Below, one piece after another: positions 12,201 to 24,082 of a DNA stretch of 46,471 nt. The stretch comes from Nemertoderma westbladi (Eukaryota; Animalia; Xenacoelomorpha), in contig JAUCBJ010003817.1 of assembly GCA_032718475.1 (NCBI GenBank), forward strand, positions 1 to 46,471. The letters are read 5' to 3'. The position numbers were made by a program, and so were the translations under genes. Each line of letters begins with the position of its first letter. The stretch's first letter is position 1. The notes below the pieces were generated by a model that did no database searches, had not been told where the DNA came from, and was given only the letters and a program-made list of their open reading frames with translations.

Positions 12201-15200
12201 TTCCACACTTCACATTAATTAAATTAATTCAAATTAATTAAATATACATTAAATGGTATAAGGATCAAGCGGTAATGGCGAAGTATTGAATAATGTTATC
12301 GTGTTTTGTTTTTTAAGTTAATTGTTTCCAAGTCGTATATTCCCTGTATGTACTTCTCGCTTGCCACGTCTTTAGCCGAAAGTGATCCATTACAAATGTT
12401 TTCTAATATTGATTTCTTGTTGTAGTCATATAGTAACATTGATTGTAGCGAAGGGCAGGGGAAATACTTCCTGCATTTTGCAAAAGTTGAGGCAAGGCCC
12501 TGATAGATTGGTAGAGACCGTTCTGAAGAGTTAAATTGCACTGTAGCGTAGGACTGGTTGTAGGATGCAGTTGGGTGATTCGAATTAATAGTCCAATGGC
12601 CGCATGGAAGGATTCGATGTCTAAGTCGTATGTCCTAAATAATTTTAGAATTACAGAGTTACTTACATTGCTACCGACATGTAGGAGGCTGCGTAGTTTC
12701 TTCCTATAATGGACATTTACAGCTGCCCTTTCCTCCTCTGTTAAGGCTCCCATCTGGAATATTAAATTATAGAGTATAACTGGTTTGGCATACGAGTTCC
12801 ATAAGGTTGCGAGGTCGTCGACTTTAACATGCTTTGCAGTCCACCCAGTTCGTTTGAAAGTTTCACTCACCACAGTAATAGATTTGATGCACTCATTATA
12901 TATATTTGTTTTTGTGGCATTAACTTTGAAACCTAGGAGTTTTAGTGATGTTGATGCCGCAACTAAGTTAGTTGCGGTACATAGTTAGAAATGTCGGTGT
13001 ACGGTTCGTGGACGTGTTTGATTGAGTGGCCATCCATCTGGTCTTTTGCTGCTCGATTTCTAGTCCAATGGATTTGAGATGGCTTTGAATTTCCTCAGCC
13101 ATGGTTTCTATATCATTTGGGTTCGTACTTAAAAGTATAAAATCATCGGCATAGATTATGCAGCCTATCCAAATCCCATTACTGATACAGCCAAATCCCT
13201 TGTTCTTCAGACTAGCGGTACTGTCAGCGGTATAGAAATTGAAAAGGTATGGTGAGATTAGTGATCCCTGTTTTATGCCACGTTTGACTAGAAATCCTAC
13301 TTTGTCAATGCTGTTACCGAAACGAAAGAACATTCGCCCAATCGCATAGTAGTCGAGAAGTAAGCGGCAGATGTGTGGATCTATAGCAGCCGAGAGTTTC
13401 TTAAACAGATGTGAAAGATCCACGTTGTCGAAAGCAGCCTGGATGTCCATCTGACAAACATACACTTGCTTCCCATGTTGACGTTGGTTCTCAATTGCTT
13501 CCAGTATTGTTCCAACTACAAAATCTGCGCCAATATTCTTTTTATATGCAACTTGGTGTTCATTCTGCAAGAGATCTGCTAAATAGTGTTTTAGCACCAG
13601 GGCCTCAAACACTTTTCCAAAGATGCTTATTGAACATATTACCCGATATGATTTCCCGTTATTTGTGCTCTTCCCTTTTCCTTTGTATATACTAGTGGCT
13701 GCTGTGTTGCCAAATTGAGTTGGCAGCCGGCCAATATTTAAGGCGCATTCTAGAATTTTTCTTATATGCTCGCATATGGTGTCACTGTCAGTATGGGTGA
13801 GATGTTCTATGGTTAGGGATTCGCGGTCAGGTGCCTTTCCTTGAGATAGAGACAATATGGCTTTCTGGATCCATGTAACTGGTATAACAGGTGTTTGAGA
13901 ATTTAAGCACCTTTTGTTTACTTGATCCTTAATATTTTCTTTAGTCTCGGTGTCCAATTTTGCTGGGGTTCCCAAACTGTCCTTATAGTAGTTGCGTATA
14001 GATTCCTGTGTGGTGATGGAGGAGGTGGTTGGAGGTTCACTTCTTTTGGTTGAGAAAAAGTGCCAGAATTGTTTGGGCTCTTTAATTCTCTTGTTAGAAT
14101 AAAATCGAACCTTGTCCTGTAATCTGTTGGCTGTTAGAAAATTTCGTAGGTTCCTGGTTGCCTTTTTGGACTCCCGAAAAGCAGTGTGCAGTTTGTTTCC
14201 GTACTCCGTGTCTTTGTTTACAGTATGTGACCATGCGTTGTGAAGCCTTTTGGTAGTTCGTGAATACTCATGAAGTCTATTGTTGCGTATCCGAATATTC
14301 TTGGTTTTCCTGCGGACTTTGACTTGATTAATACATTTTAATGCAGCTACTTGCAGAATATTTGTCAGAGCAAGCATATAATTTTCCATTGTGTCAAAAC
14401 TCCATGAGGACGGAGATTGTGGAAATTCATGTTCAAGAATATTGAGTTCGTTTGCAACCATTGAATTATATTCATCTAGTTTTGAGCTTGGGGTTTTCGC
14501 CCACTGGTATCTTGGTTGAGTGTGTGTGCTTCTACATTTAGTTTCATTTTGTGGTTGAGGGATGGGTAACTGTATGCTGCAGTATACTGGAGCGTGATCG
14601 GAGTGATTGAGTGCATGGTCATACTGGGCCACATACCCACTTGATAGATGAGGTAGAACAGATTGTTGGTGATAATGTGGTCGATGTAGGAGTGTCCATG
14701 ACCATAGAAGGTGGCAGTGGGACCACTAAAAAATTTGGAGTACGTGTCAATAGCTGTCAAATTGTTTTCATTCATGAAGCTGAGCAGAATTTTTCCCCGA
14801 GCAGAGGGCTCCATTCTCATATAGCGATCCCCTTGCGTTGCACCAATATCTCCATTTGTGTCCATAAGCATGATAGTAGGACCATCTTTATGCAATGAAG
14901 CTAGTGCGCTGAGTCTATTCAGAAAGTCATGATATAATTCTGTGGATTTACCAGCATCTGGGGCATACCCGGTGACAATGAGAAAAGATTCATCGCAGTT
15001 TTTGAATGTTATATCCATCCCAATAATATCGTCATGTTTTCGTCATCGTTATTGTTTTGGTTAGAAAATCCGGCCTTAACCTGCTTCTTTCCATCAATTG
15101 GTAATTGTTTTTGGCTATAAAATGAGTGTTTTGCTACATCATGTGGTAATCTTGTAGAGGTCATTTCGGCACTTCTGAATTTTGTTGTCAGTACAGGGGG

Positions 15201-18200
15201 CCCGTTTCCTGTTTCGAGGGTATACAGGAACTGTTTCTGCAGCTGCTAACTTAACTGCCTCTGTGAAGGCAGTATAGCCCTCACAGTGATCTGCCGCCTC
15301 AGAGGCAAGAGCCTCATACCTGTTGCTCAGCTGTAGTGTGAAGCTGGATCTCACACTTGGCTGTTGCAACAGAGAGGACCAGTCATGCCGCGGCAAGGCA
15401 GATTTCGTTGTTCTGCTAGCACGCAGACTAAGTCTTACCTTGGCCACAATAAGGCGGTGATCACTGGAGAAGGGTCGTAGTGTAAATGCATTACAGTCTT
15501 GTATAGAGCTCCTGTAAGATACTTAGCACTCGGGGTGTGTCGGATATCCAAACCGCCCGAAATTCCGGCCGGTTTTTGAGGAAAAAATCCGGTTCCGGAT
15601 CCGGGCGGATTTCAATTTTTTGGCCGGCTATCGATTTCAACTAATTGTTGACAAAATTTACAATTAATGTAAATTTTCAACAACAAAAAACATGACGCGG
15701 TACCCTCCCTCAAGTTCTGTTCATGCATACAGGTACCATAGCCGATTTAGGATAAAGTGGGAGATATAAAAAAATCCGGCTTTGTGTGGAATTCCGGCCG
15801 GATTTTTTTTAGAAATCCGGCTCCGGCTCCTGTCTGGCCGGTTTGAAAATTGTCAATCCGGCACATCCCTGCTTACCACAAATATGTTAGGGGTTTGCCT
15901 GTAGTGACTAGCCCCTGTGCTACTCTATGCACAATGGTGAACAAAATTAACACAGTTACTGTATGACAAATTGATACAGTTACTGATAGCTTGTGTTTGG
16001 CTTGTGTTTGGTACCGCCGTAAGGCTTTAATTTTTACCTTGACTTTATTAGGTAGCAATCCCCTTTGGTGGATGATAATAACTGCCATAAAATGGCTGAT
16101 GGCTAATTGTATAGCCATCAGCCATTTTATGATGTAAAGGCTGGTGGATAATTGATGGCTATATCGGTTTCTGAGGTGATGATGTACATATAGGGATAAT
16201 AATCCCGTAACATTATGCAATTTATCTCCATTGCTATATACTACTATAGGGGTATGTAAAAAAGTAAAAAAATTATCCACATGGTGGAATTTTTGAGGGA
16301 ATTTTTCTGAGCGTAATTTGTGACCAAAAACCTCAATCTTTAACGTACCTCTCTCATACTAATCATCTACACTTGTAATGTAAGCTATTTGTTTATAGTG
16401 GTGATTATCTTGTACTGTACCCTTGTATATTTTATCTTACTTGTGTCATCTTTATTTAACATCCTCTACACCAGGTTCAGTTGTAGCTGGAGTTGTTGGA
16501 TTGACCATGCCAAGATATTGTCTCTTTGGAGATACTGTAAATACAGCATCTAGAATGGAATCCAATGGAGAATCTCTAAAGATTCATGTTAGTTCTCAAT
16601 GCTGCGCGATTCTGGAACAGATTGGGGGATATATTTTAGAAGAAAGAGGATTGGTGGCAATGAAAGGGAAGGGTGAAGTTCTAACATATTGGTTGCTGGG
16701 TAAGAAAATATTTACCAACCATAGAAGTTCAGTAGCCCATATGGACCAGCAAAATGTTTCACCTTGTTATTGTTCTATTCGGAAAAAATTTTCAACATCA
16801 AAAGTTAATTTACAACACCAAATTTAATAATATGCCCCTACAAAATTTCATTTACACCTTGAAAAGTTAATTTGCAACATCAAATTTACGGCATCCAAAG
16901 TGCATTTTTATTTAAATACCGGATTTTTCGGATTAATATGGACATCTTACGGATATAGATCTTATGGATATCTTATCATCCGTATTCAATGTGAAGGTAT
17001 TAAATTGTTTAATTATTTACGTGGTGCCAGCCTATCCTTTTTACTGTTTTATTGCCTATTTATTGCCTATTGTAAATAATTGTGCAATGTGTTTTATTTA
17101 TTGATTCCTGAAGACAAAAGCTAAATGAAAATTATAAACTTTTTTTACAACCCGCCATAGAAAAAACTATTAATTGTAAAGACCCTCATAGCTCTATTTA
17201 ATAACATCACATTTTTTATACCGGCCAGTGGCCTATTCTATTAAACCTGAAGTCTGAAGCTGCATACGAGCAACTGTGAGATGATTGATATCAGTCCAAG
17301 GCGATCTAAATATGTCCACATTTGCCATTTTTATTATTTTTTTATATACGTTTTTAATATTATAAGTGAATATTAATATTACGTTTGTTTAAGTTTAATA
17401 ACCATATGATGAGTTACTATAAATAATATTTTATATTATCAGGAAAAGCACCAATGCAATATGACAATCCTAATATCACTAATGGAGAAATTCACAATGA
17501 AAATCAAAATAAAACGTGAGTAAAGTCTAATATTTTATTTATTTAATAGAAACTATAACTAAACCTTAATTACATAGATCTAACAATTACAAAATGACAG
17601 GGATTCGAACCACCATTAAAACACCTGCCTGTTTAAATTAGTTCCGTTACTCAGTTTCACTGAATTACAACACTATATAAAACTGCAGTGATTGTAATAG
17701 AATATTTAAACATATTATTTTCAGAAATAATCTAGCTTTGCCTCAACTTCCTGAAAAACAAATAAAAACGAAAAAGATACAATTTGCTGGAGATGATGAT
17801 GATGATTCCAAACTAGTCGAATATATTGCAAGTTAGTACCTAATTATATGTATTTTATGTAATATTTGGTAAATCGTGCGCTCACTTAAGTGTACGGCGT
17901 GATTTTGTGTAAATACAAATAAATGCCAGAAAATTTATCAAGCCAATAACAATATTACTACTGTCATTGGCTGTGGCACAACCTATTAACAGCTTGAATT
18001 TTAATTTAATTTAATCTCGTACATCGAATATATGAAACAAGTACAGCACAGCACAACAAAATTAATGGTAGATAATATAGAATAAAATTATGGTTTATTG
18101 CAATAGAGTGAACAAGAGACCTATTAGAGCTTATTGCAATAGAGTGAACATAGAGCAAAAACGACTACGTGGATCCAATATAAGTTAAAATATCATTTAA

Positions 18201-21120
18201 TTTTAATTGATCTGTTTCACTAACATTTTCTCTACAATCTATAATTTAACAGCGCTAAAAAGCGTAGAATACATTTACGGGAAACATGTAAGCTATTTAC
18301 AAATTTAACAAACCGAGATTGCACCATAATACTCGCAGGGGAATAAACTACTTAAGCACTATGTTTTCAATAATATATCTGTGAGAATTATACGGTAATC
18401 GAAACAATAATCTAACATTTATATTCCAAGCTGAATAAATTCTAGAACAATCGTCTGAAAAATTGTCCCACTGATTACTGCCGTAAAAACTCATACAATA
18501 AATACGTTGTAAATAACACAGAATATATGGATTATATAAATAATAATTCTTGTCATATTGAGTTTCTTAAGTACATCTAAATGCATGATATTTCTATAAT
18601 CCAGAACATGTCCCAAATGTACAGCTTCGCTCACCCATGGTAGAATAACCAACCCCGTTAACTCTAATTTTCCCAACAGGTTCCACCCATACTGGCCCCA
18701 GACCAAATGCGATACACTTTGACTTGGACTTATTTGCAATATTGCGTCATATGAGAAATTATATTCGTAATTAGTTTCTGTTAGTCTAAATTTTAACAGC
18801 GTAATACCAACTGTTACCATGACATCTAATGTCTCTAGGCTATTATGACGACGAAGCCTGCAACACAACGATATCAATAAACTACTGTCCTAAAGTAGCG
18901 TCTGGTAGTATTATTGTAGTTACTGGTGTAACAACCGCAAACACGAAAAGTTCAATATCTTTATCTAAATTTGATATATTTATTTGATAACAATTTGATA
19001 AATTTAATTAAATTTATGTTAAAATTTACGCGAATATATTCTTCTTTGAAATGCTCATTCAGAAATCCCTTAAATTCCTTGAAAATATTACTGCAATATT
19101 TTATGAGCGGTTTTTCATTTTTTATTTTCGTTTTAGTTATTAGTGTAAGTGCCAGGTGAAGTTTAATAACATAGATACTATGAATGGTGATAAATTTATA
19201 GATATAACACATCATATCTTCATTGTAATAACGATGCATATTTTTCTTATGCAGGCAAAGCTACGGATAAATTTCCAAATGATGAGCATACTGAGAATAA
19301 TAACCCCAATGATGGAAATTATGTAAAGTTAGTAGTGCATTAAATTTTATCCAACATTAAAGAACATTTCGATAAAAAAAATAAAACGTATATTCACTCC
19401 TAAATACCGTCCTGTTAATAAAACACAAAAATTATTTCAAGAGTATTGTTATCATAATTAATTACACATAATTAATATTTCCAGAAATAAAAAGAAAAAG
19501 AAGAAAAGAAAGAAACGAAAAACAAAAAATTTGAAATTCGCCAACGATAATTCTATTGAAAATGAAGGTAAATACAGTGAATACTATCATCGATTTATTA
19601 TCAGGATGTAATTGATTGATTGCAAGTAGAGAATAGGTCTTAGTTGCTTTTTATACAGAGTTTGCTTCTTGCATATCCTATCCACATGGTTTTTTACTTA
19701 ACTTAGTTGAATGTATATAATAATAATTACTTAACTATACCGGTCTGTGTTACACTGGGGGTATTTCATCGTAAATCAAAGACCAGTTATATTACGGAAT
19801 ACATGGTTTCGTCATGAAATTCCATGGGTAAGTCCCCTTTCATGTCAAAACTGAAAATCCATCTTCCATATTGGTTACGAATGTCCGAGTTCGTTCGACC
19901 TAGTAATAGTAGTATATTGGTTACTCTATAATTGTCAATATATTAAGCCCTTCCCTAATTATAGTTGACTTTAATAATGATTTTGCATTCCCTATGAAAA
20001 TTAAATAATAGAAACCATTTTTCATTAGGAATGCTGAGAAATGCTAATATGTATAAAAATCTAAAATCTAATTTTCAGGTGAAGAAATGAAAATAGAACA
20101 ATATAGTAATGAACGCGATGCAAATCATATTCCATTAAATATAAATGACAGGTAATTCAAATTAATAAACCAATCCCAACCATAAATACATATTATCATA
20201 ATCTATAGCAATAATATTCATTGTCAAAATAAAAATATTACTAGTTTATTTATTAATGTAGCGAAGTCAATATGACAATATCTGATTTTCTTTATTACAT
20301 TTACATTTATCTGACTTTCAATTTTAAAAACTTTTGTGATGAATGAATGCATAGAGAGATTATAGATAGAATAATAATTGTCCCAGATTTCAAACATTTC
20401 ATTCTGTGTTTCAGATTTCCAGATCATTGCGAATTTGTGCACAATCCTACCATTCATACACACGATTATGAAAACCGAGACGCAATGATGTCCAACGGGG
20501 GAATACCATCCTCTTATAGTGAGTAAAATACATTTTTAATGCATTTTACCACCATTTTACGTCGTGCATTAGCAAGCTGATATGTTTGGTATTGGAATAT
20601 TGGTCCTTGCTGAGCTTTCTGGGCAAAATGGAGAAAGAAATAATCATGTAATATTTCTTTTTTATGTTTGTTACTATGTAAGAGGATGAAATTGAATAAC
20701 ATTTTTGAATATTAGAAAGTAAAAGATAATTTATTTATCTTAATTTGTTAGAAATGCTAATTACGTAGTCAACAGTATTCAGCGTTCAAACTACTGTATA
20801 TCCACAATTATATCTTTCAGTCTGTCCCCTTAGGCATCCGCACAGTAAACATGTGCTGACTTGTTACGTGACTAACGGCAACCGCCTTGTAAATTTAATT
20901 TATGTTCAAGCTAAATATTATCTATCCCTTTGAGTCAATTAAGAAACTAGCTAATTAATTATTATATATTTTCTTACATCTTCCAGGGGCACCATATGGA
21001 ACAACACCAATAAAGGAAGACAATCTAGAGAGTAGAGGAACAGCAGTCGGCATATCTACAGAACATTTTCAACAAAAAACTTTGGTCACAGTCATTACAA
21101 TGCCTCCAATATCATCTTAA
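6120..21120 (+). CDS. Guanylyl cyclase A (probably receptor-type, NPR/GC family), 3' part. Exons 6120-6243, 8312-8450, 8828-8932, 16475-16699, 17443-17515, 17725-17831, 19255-19327, 19485-19567, 20079-20151, 20415-20518, 20987-21120
   Basis: Cyclase motifs [37 protein letters not shown] and [21 protein letters not shown], with the guanine-specifying E and C. All introns are GT-AG with continuous phases through to TAA at 21118-21120. The four core exon lengths (124, 139, 105, 225) equal those of GC-B. Confidence 0.9.
6343..8233. repeat. 44-bp tandem minisatellite (CGAATTACAGTAAMTTTTGTCCTACCTAACCAGCCAATAGTGTG), about 43 copies
   Basis: Near-perfect repeats filling most of GC-A intron 6244-8311. 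Confidence 0.98.
8312..8450 (+). CDS. GC-A exon ([46 protein letters not shown])
   Basis: TTCCATAG| acceptor, G|GTGAGA donor, [10 protein letters not shown] motif. Confidence 0.93.
8828..8932 (+). CDS. GC-A exon ([35 protein letters not shown])
   Basis: TTTCAG| acceptor, G|GTAAGA donor. Confidence 0.93.
9707..9980 (+). mobile_element. tRNA-derived SINE (tRNA-like head ~9710-9781)
   Basis: A-box TAGCTCATTTGG and B-box GGTTCGAGCCC with poorly pairing stems; the body ends in a TTA-rich tail. Confidence 0.55.
10562..10903 (-). mobile_element. Possible non-autonomous Helitron
   Basis: The minus strand begins TCTATATACTA and ends with a TCCCG..CGGGA hairpin followed by CTAG|T. The 5' boundary is uncertain. 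Confidence 0.4.
11284..11968. repeat. 68-bp minisatellite (GTTTATTGTTTTGGTTAGAAAATCCCGCCTCTGTAACCTGCTCC...), about 10 copies, interrupted by a LINE
   Basis: Unit starts at 11352, 11420 and 11488; one further unit resumes at ~15045-15110. Confidence 0.93.
11969..15043 (-). mobile_element. 5'-truncated non-LTR retrotransposon (CR1/L2 group): APE endonuclease plus reverse transcriptase, frameshifted
   Basis: Endonuclease motifs TGYAP, MDTNG, SYIDHI and SDHAPV; RT motifs [25 protein letters not shown] and IIYADD. The ORF is split over 14476-15018, 12968-14632 and 12403-12873, with a (TGAA)n tail at ~11969-11987. Confidence 0.92.
15139..15515 (-). mobile_element. RTE-clade LINE fragment (end of endonuclease and linker)
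   Basis: [16 protein letters not shown]...DW..L...LSNRYEAL resembles the RTE at 34721 ([16 protein letters not shown]...NRFEAL). Confidence 0.75.
15530..15871. mobile_element. hAT-like MITE
   Basis: Imperfect TIRs (TCGGGGTGTGTCGG vs CAGGGATGTGCCGG), 8-bp TSD CTTAGCAC/CTTACCAC and CCGG-rich subterminal repeats. Confidence 0.65.
16475..16699 (+). CDS. GC-A exon ([32 protein letters not shown]...[13 protein letters not shown])
   Basis: CACCAG| acceptor, G|GTAAGA donor; appears identical to GC-B exon 24832-25056. Confidence 0.93.
17443..21120 (+). CDS. Seven small exons encoding the GC-A C-terminal tail (~215 aa, hydrophilic, with a poly-Lys tract)
   Basis: Acceptors and donors with alternating phases 1,2,1,2,1,2,1 keep one open frame from GKAPMQY to MPPISS*. 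The ORF track misses these exons. Confidence 0.78.
19879..19913 (+). mobile_element. Ultra-short 3'-end copy of the RTE LINE with an 11-bp TSD
   Basis: TGTCCGAGTTCGTTCGACCTAGTAATAGTAGT matches the RTE 3' end at 36911-36945 and is flanked by ATATTGGTTAC at 19868 and 19914. Confidence 0.8.
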
Positions 21121-22121
21121 CTTATTCAGTTGAAGATTTACGAACATCAATGTTATACCGTCAAATAACTATTTATCACATTATCTAGAATATTATGTTG
21201 AATACAAATGAGAGAAATGCGATATGGTCATAGCGTAGTCTATTAATAGAGTACGCTATGGATATGGTAAATCTAGATACATGCCGCCACAAATCACTTG
21301 CTCAGCCACCAGTTTTTAGCTAGTCACCACGCCTGCTCAAAGCAAGAAGTTGCCATAGTAAATTATTTACATCATTGTGGGAAAAGTAGTACTTTTCAGC
21401 GTTATGACGCGAGTAGATTTATGTACCGAGCGAGCGCTTTACATGAATAGACAACCTTTCCACACAATGGTGTAAGTAATTTTTTACAATATGTCAACAT
21501 ATAGGTGTCCTGAATGCTTAATGAAATTAATATCCTTTTTATGCATTTAATTGCAGTAATTACGGTAAATAATTTTACACTTATCCTACAATGGTTATCA
21601 CCAATGGAGATACTCAAGACGTGTTCTGGAAGTTTATTATTACTAGATTGAAGTGAACGCTTGAAGAAACATTAATATTATTTGATAATTATATTATTTA
21701 TAAATTCTCAAGCAAGATAAGTAAAAAACCCTTACCGGTAAGTAAGAAAGAACCAAAGTATGTAAAAAAACAAAAACAAAAAAAAAATACAACTGGACCT
21801 AGACGGTTGCATTCAATCACCGATGAGCTGATCAGCAGTCGGCTGATACAGTCCGCTAATTAACGATGGCTGACTGACTGGCGCGAGGACGAGCTATTTA
21901 AACACTTCAAAGTAATTACACGGCACTCTTTTTGAAATCTATTATATTATCAACAAGAAGAAATATGATTGGCGCAAGTTTATGGTGCTGCTTCCCAACG
22001 GATATTTACTGGTCACACATCCCTTTGTTTCATTGCCCGTTCCTTCTCACTTTGGGACTTCACACTATCTCTTGGCTTGGCCTCCTGAGAATTCCTTCCT
22101 TCACGAGGCGATCACCATAGA

Positions 22122-22985
22122 GCATCAACAGCAGCACAGAATCCCCCTTCTTTAGGGACCTACTCAACAGCTGCACAGAATCCCCCTTCTTTAGGGATCT
22201 ACTCAACAGCTGCACAGAATCCCCCTTCTTTAGGGACCTACTCAACAGCTGCACAGAATCCCCCTTCTTTAGGGACCTACTCAACAGCTGCACAGAATCC
22301 TCCTTCTTTAGGGACCTACTTTAACAGCTGCACAGAATCCCCCTTCTTTAGGGACCTACTCAACAGCTGCACAGAATCCCCCTTCTGTAGGGATCTACTC
22401 AACAACTGCACAGAATCCCCCTTCTTTAGGGACCTACTTTAACAGCTGCACAGAATCCCCCTTCTTTAGGACCTACTCAACAGCTGCACAGAATCCCCCT
22501 TCCTTAGGGACCTACTCAACAGCTGCACAGAATCCTCCTTCCTTAGGGACCTACTCAACAGCTGCACAGAATCCCCCTTCTTTAGGGACCTAATCAACAG
22601 CTGCACAGAATCCCCCTTCTTTAGGGACCTACTCAACAGCTGCACAGAATCCCCCTTCTTTAGGGACCTACTTAACAGCAGCACAGAATCCCCCTTCTTT
22701 AGGGACCTACTCAACAGCTGCACATAATCCCCCTTCTTTAGGGACCTACTCAACAGCAGCACAGAATCCCGCTTCTTTAGGGACCTACTCAACAGCTGCA
22801 CAAAATCCCCCTTCTTTAGGGACCTACTCAACAGCTGCACATAATCCGCCTTCTTTAGGGACCTACTCAACAGCTGCACAGAATCCCCATTCTTTAGGGA
22901 CCTACTCAACAGCTGCACAGAATCCCCCTTCTTTAGGGACCTACTCAACAGCTGCACAGAATCCCCCTTCTTTAGGGACCTAATC
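22122..22985. repeat. 39-bp minisatellite (CTACTCAACAGCTGCACAGAATCCCCCTTCTTTAGGGAC), about 22 copies, between the two GC 3' ends
   Basis: Direct tandem units; source of the 13-aa periodic ORFs. Confidence 0.97.
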
Positions 22986-24082
22986 TTTAGGACCTTTAGG
23001 GAAAATTGATGATCAATCTGAAAATTTGATATAAAAATCAGATCATATCATGATACGTAAACCACCTTCTGAACCATGTATCCTTCAGCAAGTCCAACAA
23101 TGTCGTCACTCGATTGGTGGTGATCTTGTTCTTTAGCGCACCTTTAGCTCATTCAACAGTTGTTGCTGTTTTCGCTCGCTTCTACAGGCACGCACAGTGT
23201 GCCTGAAGAATATAAGCCTAAGCTAGCACTCAAGATAGAGTTATCTTCTGGGTTCAAGATAATATTTCATTAGCCCTCATGATGTTTCACAGTATCACTT
23301 TAGGCTCCGACCTGGACGCCTTCGCCGCCTACACATCATTACTAGAACGCATTTCCGTCCACATCTGCAATGCAACACATCCATAGTTCTCAACAATGCA
23401 AAAGCAACAATTCATCTACATTAGCCTATAAGACTTACGTTTCAGGAATCTTATTGTCTAACAACCACGAGTCCTATCACTAGCCGGCTGAGATAGATCA
23501 AAAAATTAATTGGCATATCAGTTCTAGGATAGAAGTAAGACTCATCCGTTACGCCTGCATGGTGGTGCTGGGTTTGATCCGTTATGCCTGCAAGGTGGTG
23601 CTGGGATTTGGTAATTAAGATGTTACTACCAACATTATTCTGATACATAATATTCTGTGCAATTTTATTGTTCATTAGTGAAGGAAAACTTTAAATTAAA
23701 ATGTATAACTGCATAACTTTTCTTAGATAGAGATTATGTATAATAGGGATTCCCAATATATGTAGTACACAAAATTCCATGTTGCAATGGCATCTTATTA
23801 TAACCAAAACATAGACGATATTCAATAGCAAATGTTACAGATTAATATTTTTATCATAGACAAATCTTAATTGCACCGATTTTTCCCTGGAGAAGTTTCA
23901 TATTGATTCAAGTAAGATGACACTCCCCCCCTTCTGACCCAGATACAGTAGATATTTTGAATATCAATTCTTTTTAGACTAAAAATATTAAGTATAGTTA
24001 CTACAAATACCCGTGTACAGTGTATAAACAAGAACAATTAACATATATAATCAGGTTGTCTTTAATCGAGGTACTATAGTAT

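Noticed and set aside
16700-16827. Read-through C-terminus [10 protein letters not shown]...HQI* from the ORF track (and [12 protein letters not shown] at 24791-24831)
   Set aside because: A strong G|GTAAGA donor with phase-compatible downstream exons in both genes indicates this is intron.
22060-22957. Repetitive protein (QLLSRSLKKGDSV)n
   Set aside because: Translation of a 39-bp minisatellite, with stops and an indel in the array.
23100-23450. Possible decayed LINE endonuclease fragment (also ~10010-10430)
   Set aside because: Too degenerate to assign by eye.
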